Source: the human T2T-CHM13v2.0 reference genome, Homo sapiens
Reading direction: 5' to 3' (one strand)
DNA: 64,000 nt
NCBI RefSeq assembly: GCF_009914755.1
Contig: NC_060926.1
The notes beneath the pieces are model-generated. The model was not told the DNA's origin. It worked only from the letters and a program-made list of their open reading frames with translations, and searched no databases. Positions within the stretch are counted from its first letter, which is position 1. Every line of letters begins with the position of its first letter. A program made the position numbers and the translations under genes. Shown piece by piece: positions 63,190 to 64,000 of this stretch.

Positions 63190-64000
63190 ATTTATTTTTA
63201 AAAATGAATGCATAATAGATATACATATTTTCAGGGTATACGTGATATTTGGATATATTTATGTAATGTGTAATGATCAAATTAGGGTAATTGGACTATC
63301 CATCATCTCAAATATTTATCTTTTCTTTATGCTGGGAACATTCAAATCCTACTCTTTTAGCTATTTAGAAATATACAATTGATTATTGTTAACTATACTC
63401 ACTTTATTGAACTATTAAACACTAGATCTTATTCCTTCTATAGAACTGTATTTTTCTACCCATTAATCAATCTCTCTTCATTTCCCCTCATCCACCTGCC
63501 CTTCCAGTCCTCTGGTAACCACCAATCTATTCTGTATCTTCAGGAGATCCACTTTTTTAGCTCCCACGTACAAGTGAGAATATGTGATTTTTGTTTTTCT
63601 GTGCTGGCTTATTTCATTTAACATAATGACCTCCTGTTCCATTCATGTCTGCAAATGACAGGATTTCATTACTTTTTATGGCTGAATAATATTCCATTGT
63701 GTATATACATACCACACTTTTCTTTATTCACTTATCTGTTAATAGGCACTTAGGGTGATTCCATATCTTGGCTATTGTGAATAGTGCTGCAACAGGCATG
63801 CAAGTGCAGATATCTCTTCAATGTATTGGTCTCCTTTCTTTTTGATATGCACTCAATAGTGAGATTGCTGGATCATACGGTATTAGGTTGGTGCAAAAGT
63901 AATTGTGGTTTTTGCCATTACTGTTAATGGTTCTATCAGCCTAATAGTTCTATTTTTAGTCTTCTGAGGAACTTCCATACTGTTTTCCATAGTGGCTAAT
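63190..64000 (-). mobile_element. L1MA-type 3' end, running off the window
   Basis: gtaatgatcaaattagggtaattgg...gctgaataatattccattgtgtatatac...ctgaggaacttccatactgttttccatagtgg. Confidence 0.85.
63883..63944. mobile_element. MADE1 (Hsmar1-derived MITE) with damaged right TIR, nested in L1MA
   Basis: TA-ttaggttggtgcaaaagtaattgtggtttttgccattac...cctaa-TA. Confidence 0.85.

Overview
Primate (most likely human) genomic DNA lying wholly inside IQCA1 (DRC11, IQ motif and AAA-domain ciliary protein; chr2q37 from recall), transcribed on the minus strand. Three coding exons have canonical AG/GT sites and compatible phases: 53864-54069, 29337-29421 and 7449-7571. The rest is intron dominated by transposable elements: several young L1PA copies (two with 5' twin-priming inversions), a long old L1M, about 16 Alus or Alu monomers, MaLR LTRs (THE1/MST/MLT1), hAT DNA transposons, a MADE1 and microsatellites. 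Almost all other ORFs in the track are repeat-derived or chance. I see no new gene system. The most interesting signals are: (i) rare substitutions shared in patches among three neighbouring, oppositely oriented young L1s, suggesting local gene conversion and a possible inversion substrate; (ii) inverted repeat pairs bracketing individual exons; (iii) a perfect 27-bp-arm palindrome; (iv) a candidate 237-nt poison exon. Repeat subfamily names come from recalled consensus sequences and their boundaries are approximate.
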